Shown here: positions 63,058-64,000 of the stretch, in pieces
How positions within the stretch are numbered: position 1 is the first letter of the stretch
Layout of the letters: the number at the start of each line of letters is the position of its first letter
Source: Carcharhinus amblyrhynchos
Lineage: Eukaryota
Direction: 5' to 3'
DNA: 64,000 nt
Assembly: GCA_965287045.1 (NCBI GenBank)
Contig: OZ336874.1
Location: forward strand, 35,650,001 to 35,714,000
Made by a program: the position numbers and the translations under genes
The notes under the pieces: model-generated
The model's input: the letters and a program-made list of their open reading frames with translations, nothing else
The model's database searches: none
What the model was told of the DNA's origin: nothing

Positions 63058-64000
63058 ATTAAATGAGGAGTTATTTTATATTCATAAAGACCTACCCAAT
63101 TAGTTCCACACCCTGCTTTTTCCATAGCCTTGATTTTTCTTTCTTTTCAAATATATATGATCAATTCCTTTTTGAAAGTTACTACTGAATCTGCTTCGGG
63201 CAGTGTATTCCAAATTATGACAACAGACTGCGCAAAAGAAATTCTCTTCATCTCCCACCAGGTTCTTTAGCCACTTTCTTGCATCATATTATTTTAAAGC
63301 TACAAAGTTCCTTATTAGCAAAGACAAATTCTAGAAAAATGCCTGCAGCAACATTGTGTATTATGAATAATCTTTAATCAATAATCTTCAATAATTTGAG
63401 ACAAGTGCTTACAAACACTGGTTATTTAAAACATAGGTATTACCATTTTGAACACTTTGATTTTAGGTTAGTTCACTTTAATGGTATCCTCCCTGTTGCT
63501 CCCCCATTGCAAACTGTTAAACCAAGCAAAATAACTCTTTTTTTTCCCAGAGAATTATGATGAAACGAGAATCTTAAAGCCAACTAATGATGTTTCTAGT
63601 TTCAGGTTGAGTAGGCCATTTTTACTTGTCATATTCTGTTTTAATTGGACGACTGTTGCCAAAAAAAGAATTATGCAGTTCTTTGAAATTAAAGTCAAAT
63701 TAATTCTTGCCCCGAAAAGGACTGTGTTTGTATTTGAAAGGTCTCTTATAGATCAAATAATAATTTTGATACGTACAGCACATTGTGTTATTGTAGGAGG
63801 GGTGGGGGGAGGGCACATGGGGTGTTGGGTTGTCTCATGGGTCTGAATCCATATGTCCTTGATTGCCAGGGTGCGTTGAATATTCCAAAACTGCGATGGT
63901 CCCTTTATAGGCCAATGCTTCGACGGCCTGTTTTCAGATATTTGCTGTTCCTAGGCACAGACTAGGGAAAAGTACCTCTCATAAGTTATCACAAGACACT

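Noticed and set aside
40748-64000. Pax5 exon 6 (partial homeodomain) or a neighbouring gene
   Set aside because: No matching coding sequence recognised by eye; probably beyond the window, though a short diverged exon cannot be fully excluded.

Overview
This is vertebrate genomic DNA, not prokaryotic. The repeats (HE1/V-SINE-like and Deu-SINE-like elements, CR1, Rex1/Babar, palindromic CAGCATCTGTGGAGAGA elements) point to a cartilaginous fish, probably a shark. The window holds the 5' half of a Pax5 (BSAP) gene on the + strand. Two alternative first coding exons, 1A (9354-9393, MEKNGSALRSVRSG) and 1B (22083-22125, MEIHCKHDPFAAMHR), both splice in frame to exon 2 (24706-24871). Exons 3 (32933-33130), 4 (35938-36002) and 5 (40616-40747) follow, giving the paired domain, the YSISGILG octapeptide and an NKRKRDE NLS. 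I found no exon 6, so the last 23 kb is taken as intron 5. About 5.3-31 kb is CpG-retaining and transposon-poor, with several enhancer-like blocks; the flanks carry nested, decayed transposons. Nearly all ORFs in the six-frame track are spurious. The most interesting observations are an apparently conserved 24-codon upstream ORF in exon 1A, the dual 1A/1B promoter layout in a shark, and a phased array of six inverted CCAAT boxes ahead of exon 1B. I see no prokaryote-type novel system. All homology and repeat-family calls are recalled from memory, not from searches.
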